From contig JAJZAT010000002.1 in NCBI GenBank assembly GCA_021799275.1, positions 1,293 through 65,292 of the forward strand: DNA of 64,000 nt, in the 5' to 3' direction. The stretch comes from Bacillota bacterium (lineage in GTDB: Bacteria > Bacillota > Sulfobacillia > JAJZYS01 > JAJYTV01). This document shows, piece by piece, positions 27,446 to 35,774 of this stretch (position 1 is its first letter; each line of letters opens with the position of its first letter). The notes below the pieces were generated by a model, which was given only the letters and a program-made list of their open reading frames with translations, had not been told where the DNA came from and did not search any database. The translations under genes and the position numbers were made by a program.

Positions 27446-27566
27446 AGGTCGTCATCCTTCCGCAAACAAGGATTGCCTGTCCCGTGCAATTGCACCCAGC
27501 CTGCCCGGATTCCTGCGCGACGCAAGGCGGCCACCCCCCGTCGGGAGTGGCCGCCGTCCTAGTGCG

Positions 27567-28112
27567 TCAGACAGTCTGGGGCACGGCACCGCCGAGTTCG
27601 AAGCCGAGCTCGAGGGCACGCTCGTTGAGCTCGAGGAACTCCGGCTTCATGCGCGCGCGCAAGGCCTTGCGCAGGCTGTCGCGCGTCACGGCGTTCGTCA
27701 GGGCGACCAGGGCCCCGAGGGCGATGACGTTGAGCGAGAGCTCGTTGCCGAGATCCTTGGCGGTGCGCCTGAACGGCAGGAAGTGTCCCTTGGCGTCCGG
27801 CAGTTCCTGCCGGATCGTCTCCTCGAGCAGGATGAAGCCTTCCGGCGTCACCTGCTTGCCGTACTTGAGGTAGGCGTCGCGGGAGAAGCAGAGCACGAGA
27901 TCCGGCACCGAGACTTCCGGGAACGCGATCTCGCGGGTCGAGATCACCACCTCGGCCTTCGAGGCGCCGAGCCTGGCTTCCGGGCCGTAGGTCTGGGTCT
28001 GGACGACGTAGAGCCCATCCTCCATGGCGGCTTCAGCGAGCATGGTCCCGGCCAGGATGATGCCCTGGCCGCCACGGCCGGAGAGCCGTACGCGCAGGGG
28101 GTCGTGCAGCAT
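27567..28112 (-). CDS. 2-oxoacid:ferredoxin oxidoreductase gamma subunit
   Basis: SGRGGQGIILAG, QTYGPEARLGASKAEV, N..ALELG. Confidence 0.9.
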   Translation of the reverse strand: MLHDPLRVRLSGRGGQGIILAGTMLAEAAMEDGLYVVQTQTYGPEARLGASKAEVVISTREIAFPEVSVPDLVLCFSRDAYLKYGKQVTPEGFILLEETIRQELPDAKGHFLPFRRTAKDLGNELSLNVIALGALVALTNAVTRDSLRKALRARMKPEFLELNERALELGFELGGAVPQTV

Positions 28113-28948
28113 TACTTCCCACCCCCCGCTCTGGCGACGAGCCCGTGGTACTGGTCGATGTACTCCGGCCGCTCCTCGTTGCGGAAGAGGCCGATCGGCA
28201 GCTGGCCGACCATCTCCTCGCGCGTAATCTCGGGTGGCGGGCCGAACGCCTCGAGGAGCTTCGTGCGGTCGCGCTCGTAGAGCAGCATGTCCGGTGCCTC
28301 GCCGAGCTTGTTCAGGCGGCCGTAGTAGGTCGGGCACTGGCTCAGCACCTCGACGACGCTGAAGCCGTGGTGGCGGATGGCGCCCTCGATCAGCCGCGGC
28401 ATCTCCTGGAAGTCGAACGTGGTGGTGCGCGCCACGTACGTGGCGCCGGCAGCCAGTGCGAGCTCGACCATGTCGAAGGCGGGCTCGATGGAGCCCATCG
28501 GCGTCGTGGTCGAGTGGGACTCGAGCGGGCTCGTCGGTGCCGACTGTCCGCCCGTCATGCCGTAGATGGAGTTGTTGAAGATGATCGCGGTGATGTCGAT
28601 GTTGCGCCGCGCGGCGTGGATCAGGTGGTTGCCGCCGATCGCCGCGGAGTCGCCATCGCCCATCGGCACGATCACCGTCAGGTTCGGGTTGACCATCTTG
28701 AGGCCGGTGGCGTAGGCCAGCGCGCGGCCGTGGGTGGTGTGCATCGAGTTGGCGTCGAAGTAGAACGGGGCACGGCCGGAGCAGCCGATGCCGCCCACGA
28801 CGGCCAGCTGGTCCATGTCTACGCCAAGGTTCATGAGGGCGGTCGCGATGCCGCGCGCGATGATGCCGTGGCCGCAGCCCGGGCACCAGACGGTGGGCAT
28901 CATCTCCTGCCGCAGATAGGGCGTCAGGTCGACACCTGGCTTAGTCAT
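28112..28948 (-). CDS. 2-oxoacid:ferredoxin oxidoreductase beta (TPP-binding) subunit
   Basis: WCPGCG, GIGCSG, HTTHGRA, GDGD, NNSIYGMTGGQ. Confidence 0.93.
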   Translation of the reverse strand: MTKPGVDLTPYLRQEMMPTVWCPGCGHGIIARGIATALMNLGVDMDQLAVVGGIGCSGRAPFYFDANSMHTTHGRALAYATGLKMVNPNLTVIVPMGDGDSAAIGGNHLIHAARRNIDITAIIFNNSIYGMTGGQSAPTSPLESHSTTTPMGSIEPAFDMVELALAAGATYVARTTTFDFQEMPRLIEGAIRHHGFSVVEVLSQCPTYYGRLNKLGEAPDMLLYERDRTKLLEAFGPPPEITREEMVGQLPIGLFRNEERPEYIDQYHGLVARAGGGK

Positions 28949-30074
28949 GGGCCACACCTCCGATCTCCACCGAGCTCGCGAGCCTCTTCGCTGCTTCGAC
29001 CAGGGCTTCCGGCGTGAAGAGCTCGCCGTCCATGCGTCCGAGCGACTCCACAGGGCAGCGGCCTTCGAGCGTGGCGCGCACCGGCATCACGTACTGGCCC
29101 AGGTTGAGCTCCGGCACGAGGATGGCCTTGGCGTGTTCGGTCTTCTCCTTCACCAGCCAGTCGGGGAACGGCCAGAGCGTCTGCACGTCGAGGAGTCCCG
29201 CCTTGACGCCGTCCTGGCGGAGGAGTTCCACGGCTTCGCGCGCAGCGCGCGCGGTGATGCCGTAGGTCAGGAGCACGATGTCGGCGTCGTCGAGCGCGAT
29301 CTCGTGGTAGAAGGTGATCTCGCGGGCGTCCCTCCGCATCCGCTCGCCCACGCCCTTCAGGATGCGTTGGACGGCCTGGCCCGCAAGGGCCTTCGGAAGT
29401 CCGGTCTCGTCGTGGCTCATACCGGTCACGACGGTGTGGTGGCCCGAGCCGAACGGTACGAACGGAGCGTCGGGGCCGAACGGCAGGAACTTCTCGTCGA
29501 TGACAGGCTTCGTCCGCTCGCGCACCGGCACGTCCGGGAACTCGACGTTCTCGCGCATATGCGACAGCACCGCGTCGAGCAGCAGGATGGCGGGAACGCG
29601 ATAGGTCTCGGAGAGGTTGAACGCCTCCACCGTCATGCGGTACGCCTCGACCACGGACGAAGCGGTGAGCACGATGACCTCGTGATCGCCATGCGTGCCG
29701 TAGCGGGCCTGCAGGACCTCGCCCTGCGCGGGCAGGGTCGGGAGCCCCGTCGAGGGACCGCCGCGCTGGGAGTCCACGACCACGACCGGCGTCTGCGTCA
29801 TGCAGGCGTAGCCGATGTTCTCCTGCATCAGGGAGAAGCCGGGGCCCGACGTGGCCGTCATGGCCTTGGCGCCGCCCCATGCCGCGCCGATCGCGGCCGC
29901 GATGGAGCCGATCTCGTCCTCCATCTGGATGAAGACACCGCCGGTCTTCGGCATCTGCCTGGCCATCATCTCCATGATCTCGGTGGCCGGCGTGATGGGA
30001 TAGCCGGAGTAGAAGTTGCAGCCTGCGTGCACGGCGGCCAAGGCCACCGCCTCATTGCCCTGTACGAGCCTCAT
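28941..30074 (-). CDS. 2-oxoacid:ferredoxin oxidoreductase alpha subunit (Kor/Oor-like)
   Basis: GYPITPATE, EDEI, ATSGPGFSLMQE, QRGGPSTGLPT, ELNLGQY. Confidence 0.93.
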   Translation of the reverse strand: MRLVQGNEAVALAAVHAGCNFYSGYPITPATEIMEMMARQMPKTGGVFIQMEDEIGSIAAAIGAAWGGAKAMTATSGPGFSLMQENIGYACMTQTPVVVVDSQRGGPSTGLPTLPAQGEVLQARYGTHGDHEVIVLTASSVVEAYRMTVEAFNLSETYRVPAILLLDAVLSHMRENVEFPDVPVRERTKPVIDEKFLPFGPDAPFVPFGSGHHTVVTGMSHDETGLPKALAGQAVQRILKGVGERMRRDAREITFYHEIALDDADIVLLTYGITARAAREAVELLRQDGVKAGLLDVQTLWPFPDWLVKEKTEHAKAILVPELNLGQYVMPVRATLEGRCPVESLGRMDGELFTPEALVEAAKRLASSVEIGGVAHD

Positions 30075-30325
30075 GCCGTTCCCCCCATGGCCAGCGCCGG
30101 GGACGCGACGCGCTCCAGCGTGAAGACGAAGTCGGGACAGCGTACGGCGCAGATACCGCAGAAGATGCAGCGGGAGATGTCGCCCACCACGATGCGCTCG
30201 CCGTCATCCAGCGAGAGGATGTGGGACGGGCAGTTCTCGACGCAGAGGTTGCAGCCCTTGCACCAGTCGCGTTGCACGGACAGCTGACGATCCCCCTGCT
30301 GGTAGTGCAGTGTGGGCTCCTTCAT
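30071..30325 (-). CDS. 2x[4Fe-4S] ferredoxin (OFOR delta subunit)
   Basis: WCKGCNLCVENCP and CIFCGICAVRCPDF. Confidence 0.9.
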   Translation of the reverse strand: MKEPTLHYQQGDRQLSVQRDWCKGCNLCVENCPSHILSLDDGERIVVGDISRCIFCGICAVRCPDFVFTLERVASPALAMGGTA

Positions 30326-31716
30326 CGCGCCAGCCCCTTCAGATAACGGTCGATGCCCATGGCCGCGACCTTGCCGTGATGGACGGCCTCGACCGCGGTG
30401 CCTCCGCCGTTGACGGCGTCACCGCCGGCGAAGAACTTGGGGTTGCCGGTCTGACCAGTCACGCCGTCGACCTCGAGAGGGCCGCGCTCGTGCTGCAGAC
30501 CGGGGATCTGGGCCAGGAAGCCGGTGCGGTAACGCTGGCCGACCGCCTTGATGACGGTGTCCACGGGCAGGTCGAAGGCGGAGCCCGGCACCCGTTGCGG
30601 CCGACGCCGGCCGCTCTCGTCGGGCTCTCCCAGCTCCATGCGTTCGCAGCGCACGACCGAGACGCGACCGTCGCCCAGGAAGGCGACCGGCAGGCTCAGC
30701 CAGACGAAGCGGACGCCGTCCTCCTTGGCCTCCAGCACCTCGTGGCGCCACGCGGGCATTTCGCTCTCGGTGCGGCGGTAGAGGACGACGACGTCCTCGG
30801 CGCCGAGCCTAAGAGCCTCGCGGGCGCAGTCCATGGCGGTGTTGCCGCCGCCGATCACGGCCACGCGGCGTCCCACCTTGGGCGCGAGACCGTCCTTGAC
30901 CGCCTCGATGAACGGCAGGGACTCGTAGACGCCTTCGAGCTCGTCGCCGTCGTAGCGGACGTCGGCGTCCTCGCCAAGGCCGACGCCGAGGAAGATGGCG
31001 TCGAACTCGGACTCGAGGCGCCTGAGGTCTTCCCGGCCGCGGATCGGTGCGTTCAGGTGGAACTGGACGCCCATGGCCTCGAGACGCTGCGCCTCATCCG
31101 GCAGCGGCTCGCACACCTGCCGGTACGGGGCGATGGCGTAGCGGATCAGTCCGCCGACCTCTTCGCGGGCGTCGAAGATCTCCACCTCGTAGCCGAGCGG
31201 TGCGAGAGTGGCTGCGCAGGCCATGCCTGCGGGGCCGGCCCCGATCACGGCGACGCGGTGCCCGTTCAGGCCGGCGCGCTGCGGCGTCGCGGTGCCGGCG
31301 GCGAGGGCCGCGTCGGTGGCGAAGCGCTGCAGCCGCCCGATGGTGACCGGTCGCCGGCCTGCCGTTTCCAGCACGCAGGCGCCCTCGCAGAGCACCTCGG
31401 TCGGGCAGACGCGGGCGCAGCTGCCGCCGAGCGGGTTGGCCGAGAAGATGATGTCCGCGGCCTTTTCCGGCTTGCCGTCCACGATCTGCGCAATGAATCC
31501 AGGGACATCCACGTCGGCCGGGCAGGCAACGGTGCAGGGCGCCGGCGCTGTGATGCTGCCGCACTCGAGGCAGCGCTCCGCCTCTACGACAGCGACATCG
31601 GCGGCGAACGCGGGGTGCAGCTCCTGGAACACGCCTCCGAACGGCAGGGACGACGACTTGTCGTCCCCACCGCGGGTAGCGGACACCCGGTCAGGCTGGT
31701 GCGTTTCACCGGCCAT
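30322..31716 (-). CDS. GltD/PreT/NfnB-like FAD, Fe-S, NADP(H)-dependent oxidoreductase
   Basis: ERCLEC...PCTVACP, NPLGGSCARVCP..LCEGAC, GAGPAG, GGLIRYAI, IGGGNTAMD...YRR, FAGGD. Confidence 0.9.
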   Translation of the reverse strand: MAGETHQPDRVSATRGGDDKSSSLPFGGVFQELHPAFAADVAVVEAERCLECGSITAPAPCTVACPADVDVPGFIAQIVDGKPEKAADIIFSANPLGGSCARVCPTEVLCEGACVLETAGRRPVTIGRLQRFATDAALAAGTATPQRAGLNGHRVAVIGAGPAGMACAATLAPLGYEVEIFDAREEVGGLIRYAIAPYRQVCEPLPDEAQRLEAMGVQFHLNAPIRGREDLRRLESEFDAIFLGVGLGEDADVRYDGDELEGVYESLPFIEAVKDGLAPKVGRRVAVIGGGNTAMDCAREALRLGAEDVVVLYRRTESEMPAWRHEVLEAKEDGVRFVWLSLPVAFLGDGRVSVVRCERMELGEPDESGRRRPQRVPGSAFDLPVDTVIKAVGQRYRTGFLAQIPGLQHERGPLEVDGVTGQTGNPKFFAGGDAVNGGGTAVEAVHHGKVAAMGIDRYLKGLAR

Positions 31717-31752
31717 CTCGTGTCACTCCCCCTTCTGGGTCTTGCGGCCCTA

Positions 31753-33135
31753 CTACGCGACCTCTTCCTTGATGGCCGAGACGAGGCTTTGGAGCGCACC
31801 CTTGGCGTCGCCGAAGAACATCTTCGTGTTCTGCTTGAAGAAGAGCGGGTTGTCGATGCCGGCGAAACCGGCGGCCATCGAGCGCTTGTTGACGATGACG
31901 GTCTTGGCCTGGTCGACGTTGAGGATCGGCATGCCGTAGATCGGGCTGCCCGGGTTCTCGCGCGCGTCTGGGTTCACGACGTCGTTGGCGCCAATGACGA
32001 GCACGACGTCCGTGCGCTGGAACTCCGGGTTGATGTCGTCCATGTCGTAGAGGCGGTCGTACGGGACGTTGGCCTCCGCGAGCAGAACGTTCATGTGGCC
32101 CGGCATGCGGCCGGCAACCGGGTGGATGGCGAAGCGGACGTCGACGCCGCGGGAGGAGAGGAGGTCCATCAGGTCCTTGCACTCCTGCTGTGCGCGCGCC
32201 ACCGCGAGGCCGTAGCCGGGGACGATCACGACGCGCTGCGCGTAGGCGCAGAGCATGGCGACCTCTTCCGCGTTGGTCGGGTGGATCTCGCCGCGCTCGG
32301 AGGTGCCGGTCGCGGTGACCTTGGAGCCGAACGCCGAGAACAGCACGTTGAAGATCGAGCGGTTCATGGCGCGGCTCATGATCAGCGTCAGGATGGTACC
32401 GGACGACCCGACGAGCGCACCGGCCACGATCAGGACGTCGTTCTGGAGCACGAAACCGGCGGCGGCCGCCGCGATACCCGTGAAGGCGTTCAAGAGGGCG
32501 ATGATCACCGGCATGTCGGCGCCGCCGACCGGCACCACGAACATCACGCCGAGGATGACGCTGCCGACGATGAGGATCCAGTCGAGCAGGATGCTGGGCT
32601 GGAACGGGATGTAGATCGCGAGCAGCACCAGGATGATGAGGATGATGGCGTTCACCGCGTTCTGCCCCTTGAAGGACATCGCGCGGCTTGGCATCCACTC
32701 CTGGAGCTTGAGGAAGGCGATGATGCTGCCGGAGAAGCTGATCGATCCGACCAGCATGTCGAAGAGGCCAGGCACCGCCTGCGAGAGGCCGGGGTAGCTG
32801 CCGTGGCCGAGCGCCTGCAGGGCCTCGGAGAGGGCGATCATGGCCGCCGCGCCGCCGCCCATGCCGTTGAAGGCGGCGACCATCTGCGGCATGGCGGTCA
32901 TCTTGACCGCGCGCGACGAGTAGGCGCCGATCACGGCACCTACGACGAAGACGATGACCAGCAGGAGGATGTTGCCGACGCTGGCGCCGATCACGGTGAA
33001 CACGACCGCGATCAGCATGCCGACGGCGGCCAGGAGGTTGCCGGAGCGAGCCGTGGCGGGATTGCGCAGACGCATGACACCGATGATGAACAGGATGGCG
33101 GCGATCATGTATGCCGCATCGCGAATGTTACTCAC
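31753..33135 (-). CDS. pntB: NAD(P)+ transhydrogenase beta subunit
   Basis: MTAMPQMVA, GGADMPV, MNRS, VPGYGLAVA, IHPVAGRMPGHMNVLLAEA, GANDVVNP, KRSM, GDAK. Confidence 0.97.
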   Translation of the reverse strand: MSNIRDAAYMIAAILFIIGVMRLRNPATARSGNLLAAVGMLIAVVFTVIGASVGNILLLVIVFVVGAVIGAYSSRAVKMTAMPQMVAAFNGMGGGAAAMIALSEALQALGHGSYPGLSQAVPGLFDMLVGSISFSGSIIAFLKLQEWMPSRAMSFKGQNAVNAIILIILVLLAIYIPFQPSILLDWILIVGSVILGVMFVVPVGGADMPVIIALLNAFTGIAAAAAGFVLQNDVLIVAGALVGSSGTILTLIMSRAMNRSIFNVLFSAFGSKVTATGTSERGEIHPTNAEEVAMLCAYAQRVVIVPGYGLAVARAQQECKDLMDLLSSRGVDVRFAIHPVAGRMPGHMNVLLAEANVPYDRLYDMDDINPEFQRTDVVLVIGANDVVNPDARENPGSPIYGMPILNVDQAKTVIVNKRSMAAGFAGIDNPLFFKQNTKMFFGDAKGALQSLVSAIKEEVA

Positions 33136-33440
33136 TTGGCGGCCTGCCCTTTCTCGTTCGGACTCTTGCGGAACATCTCGAGCATGCGGTCGGTGACGAC
33201 GAAGCCGCCGACGACGTTCAGGGTCGCGAGGAACAGCGCCAGCGCGGCGACGATGATCTGCGACGTGCCTGTGGCGGTGAAGACGACGATCAGGGCACCG
33301 ACGACCAGGACTCCGTGGATCGCGTTCGTGGCGGACATGAGCGGCGTGTGGAGCACCGGGGGCACCTTCGTGATCAGTGACCAGCCGGTGAAGACCGCAA
33401 GCACGAAAAAGAAGAGCTCTTGCAGCAGGCTCACATGCAC
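33132..33440 (-). CDS. pntAB: NAD(P)+ transhydrogenase alpha subunit, membrane part (PntAB)
   Basis: VPPVLHTPLMSATNAIHG, NVVGGFVVTDRMLEMF. Confidence 0.95.
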   Translation of the reverse strand: MHVSLLQELFFFVLAVFTGWSLITKVPPVLHTPLMSATNAIHGVLVVGALIVVFTATGTSQIIVAALALFLATLNVVGGFVVTDRMLEMFRKSPNEKGQAAK

Positions 33441-33503
33441 GACGGTAAGCACCTCTCTTGCGGCGGGATTTGGATCAGGCGCCCTCGCGGGGCGCCAAGC
33501 GTT

Positions 33504-34664
33504 CTACTTTGCGACCGAGAGCTTCTCGCGCGTCGGCGCGTGGGTCACTTCACCCTTCGCTGTGAGGCGCGTGGCCGTCAGGATCTCGTCGTCCGGCACC
33601 GGCGGGAGGTCCGCGGCGCTCGCCGCGTCCTTCGCCCACGTGTCGAACAGGTGATTCAGGAACGTGACGACGTTGCGGGCGTAGAGCTGGCTCGCCGGCG
33701 ACGGCATCGTCGAGGCAAGGTTGAGGGTGCCGTCGATGATCACGCCGCCCTCGGTGACCTTGACCTCGCCAGGAACCGTCAAGGCGCAGTTACCGCCGGT
33801 CTCGGCCGCAAGGTCGACGATGACCGCACCGGTGTGCATGGAGCGGACCATGGGCTCGTCGATCAGCTCCGGAGCCTTGCGGCCTGGCACCATGGCGGTC
33901 GCGATGACGACATCGGACTTCTGCACGGGCTCGGCGAGCAGCTCGCGCTCCCGCTTCTCCTCATCCTCCGCCATGGCGCGTGCGTATCCGCCAGTGGCTT
34001 CGGCGTTCTCGACGGGCAGACTGAGGAAGCTGGCTCCAAGGCTCTCGACCTGCTCGCGCGAGGCGGGACGCACGTCGAAGGCCTGGACCACGGCACCGAG
34101 GCGTTTCGCGGTCGCGATGGCCTGCAGGCCCGCGACGCCGGCGCCCAGGATCAGCACCTTGGCCGGTGCGATCGTTCCGGCGGCGGTCATCAGCATCGGG
34201 AAGAAGCGCTCCACGAGAAGGTTCGCGGAGAGTACCGCGCGGTAGCCGGAGACCGTGCTCATGGACGAGAGGACGTCCATGCTCTGCGCGCGCGTGATGC
34301 GCGGCATCAGGTCGAGGCTGAAGGATGTCACCTTGGCGTCGGCCAGCTGCTGGCCGACTTCGGGCTGGCTCAAGGGGCCAAGGGTTCCGACGACGACACT
34401 GTCCGGCTTCAAGAGCGGCAGTTCAGATGCCTCGGGAGCGCGCACCTTAAGAATGATGTCGGCCTGCTTGTAGGCAGTCTGGCCATCGGGCAGGATCTCG
34501 GCGCCTGCAGCGCTGTACAGCGCGTCCGGCAATTGGGCCGCAAGGCCCGCATTCGTCTCGACCCCGACCTTGTGACCCTTCTTCACCAATTGCGCGACCA
34601 TGTCGGGCGTGAGTGCAACACGCCGCTCGCCGGGTCGAATTTCCCGGGGTACACTCAAGTACAC
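33504..34664 (-). CDS. pntAA: NAD(P)+ transhydrogenase alpha subunit, soluble dI (PntAA)
   Basis: ERRVALTP, PRITRAQSMDVLSS, GAGVAGLQA, DVR, GGYA, DLAAETGGNC. Confidence 0.96.
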   Translation of the reverse strand: MYLSVPREIRPGERRVALTPDMVAQLVKKGHKVGVETNAGLAAQLPDALYSAAGAEILPDGQTAYKQADIILKVRAPEASELPLLKPDSVVVGTLGPLSQPEVGQQLADAKVTSFSLDLMPRITRAQSMDVLSSMSTVSGYRAVLSANLLVERFFPMLMTAAGTIAPAKVLILGAGVAGLQAIATAKRLGAVVQAFDVRPASREQVESLGASFLSLPVENAEATGGYARAMAEDEEKRERELLAEPVQKSDVVIATAMVPGRKAPELIDEPMVRSMHTGAVIVDLAAETGGNCALTVPGEVKVTEGGVIIDGTLNLASTMPSPASQLYARNVVTFLNHLFDTWAKDAASAADLPPVPDDEILTATRLTAKGEVTHAPTREKLSVAK

Positions 34665-34821
34665 CGCGCCACCACCTCTCCAAGTACCTTAGGAACTCGC
34701 GCTGCGCCGCAGGCAGGGCCCAAGGGCCCCAAGGAGCCTGCCCAGATGGCCCAGACGTGACAGCGACCGGCCATGCATATAAGGGCGGTCCAAACGCTCC
34801 ATTGCGGGAGGTCATTGCGCC

Positions 34822-35526
34822 TTGTATCCATTGCAACAGATTTCTCGCAGATTGGCGAGCGCCGAGGCCGTCCGGGAAGTGCGCTCAGGCATGGTCCTCG
34901 GCCTTGGCAGCGGCCGCGCGGTCGCTGCCGTGATCCAGGCGCTCGGCAGGCGTATGGCCGCCGAGGGACTGGCCATTTCGGCGGTGTCGGCCTCCCGGGC
35001 GACGGCACGTCAGGCCGAGGCCGTCGGCATCCGCCTGCTCCCAGGCGACGACGTGCCTGAACTCGACCTCGGATTTGACGGGGCGGACCTGCTCAGCGAG
35101 GACCTCCAGCTGATCAAGGGCGGTGGCGGCGCCCTGGTGCGCGAGCGGCTGGTGGCGCTTGGCTGCCGCCGCTGGGTGATCGTGGCCGAGGAGGAGAAGA
35201 TGCGGGCCGATCTGCGGGGAGCACTCCTTCCTGTCGCGCTGGTCGCGTTTGGCCACGAGGCGACCGCACGGCGAATCGGAGCCCTCGGCCTGCGCGCGAC
35301 GGCGCGCAGGACCGCACAAGGGCGCGTGCGCCGCAGCGACGACGGGTTCGCGCTGTACGACTGCCTCGATGAGGCCGGGAGGCCCCTCGCAATGGTTTTT
35401 GAGGCCCTCGCCGCATTGCCTGGCGTCATCGACACGGGGTATTTCACCGGCATGGCCGACGCTGCGTACATCGGCTCGCAGCATGGTGTGCGCCGGATTA
35501 CCGCATGTCGCGCCAGGGCGCGATAA
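34822..35526 (+). CDS. rpiA: Ribose-5-phosphate isomerase A (divergent)
   Basis: VLGLGSG, DLGFDGAD, IKGGGGALVRE, LPGVIDTGYF. TTG follows GGGAGG. Confidence 0.82.
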   Translation: MYPLQQISRRLASAEAVREVRSGMVLGLGSGRAVAAVIQALGRRMAAEGLAISAVSASRATARQAEAVGIRLLPGDDVPELDLGFDGADLLSEDLQLIKGGGGALVRERLVALGCRRWVIVAEEEKMRADLRGALLPVALVAFGHEATARRIGALGLRATARRTAQGRVRRSDDGFALYDCLDEAGRPLAMVFEALAALPGVIDTGYFTGMADAAYIGSQHGVRRITACRARAR

Positions 35527-35543
35527 GCGGCCGCCGTAATATG

Positions 35544-35579
35544 GTGGGAGCCGCCCCGATGTGGACGGCTCCCACAAAA
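35544..35579. terminator. Hairpin terminator between rpiA and tRNA-Pro
   Basis: Stem GTGGGAGCCG...CGGCTCCCAC with adjacent AAAA. Confidence 0.6.
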
Positions 35580-35580
35580 C

Positions 35581-35657
35581 TGGTCGGACTGGCGGGACTC
35601 GAACCCGCGACCTCTACCACCCCAAGGTAGCGCGCTACCAAACTGCGCCACAGCCCG
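35581..35657 (-). tRNA. tRNA-Pro (anticodon GGG)
   Basis: CGGGCTGTGGCGCAGTTTGGTAGCGCG-CTACC-TTGGGGT-GGTAG-AGGTC-GCGGGTTCGAGTCCCGC-CAGTCCGACCA; 77 nt with encoded CCA. Confidence 0.97.
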
Positions 35658-35668
35658 GTCACCACTCC

Positions 35669-35697
35669 ATGTTAGTGTGCGGCGGCCAAAGGCGCAA
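35669..35697 (-). promoter_or_regulatory. Putative sigma-A promoter of tRNA-Pro
   Basis: TTGCGC-N17-TAACAT on the minus strand. Confidence 0.5.
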
Positions 35698-35774
35698 GTG
35701 CGCGCGGTCGCATCGCGTGCGGCAACCAGGCCGCGAGCCCCGGCAAGCTGCCTTGCGGGGCTCGCGCCGCAGGT

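Noticed and set aside
27455..27480. Sigma-54 promoter upstream of the PatA-like gene
   Set aside because: GG to GC spacing is 12 nt rather than the required 10.
30322..31716. Glutamate synthase small subunit or dihydropyrimidine dehydrogenase call
   Set aside because: No gltB or preA in the window; kept as a generic GltD-like module.
30310..33654. 1114-aa plus-strand ORF and other long antisense or alternate-frame ORFs (6297-9293, 6677-9352, 20076-22556, 56466-58727, 59480-62338)
   Set aside because: They shadow well-supported genes and lack motifs or are Arg/Pro/Ala-rich; stop-poor frames are expected at this GC content.
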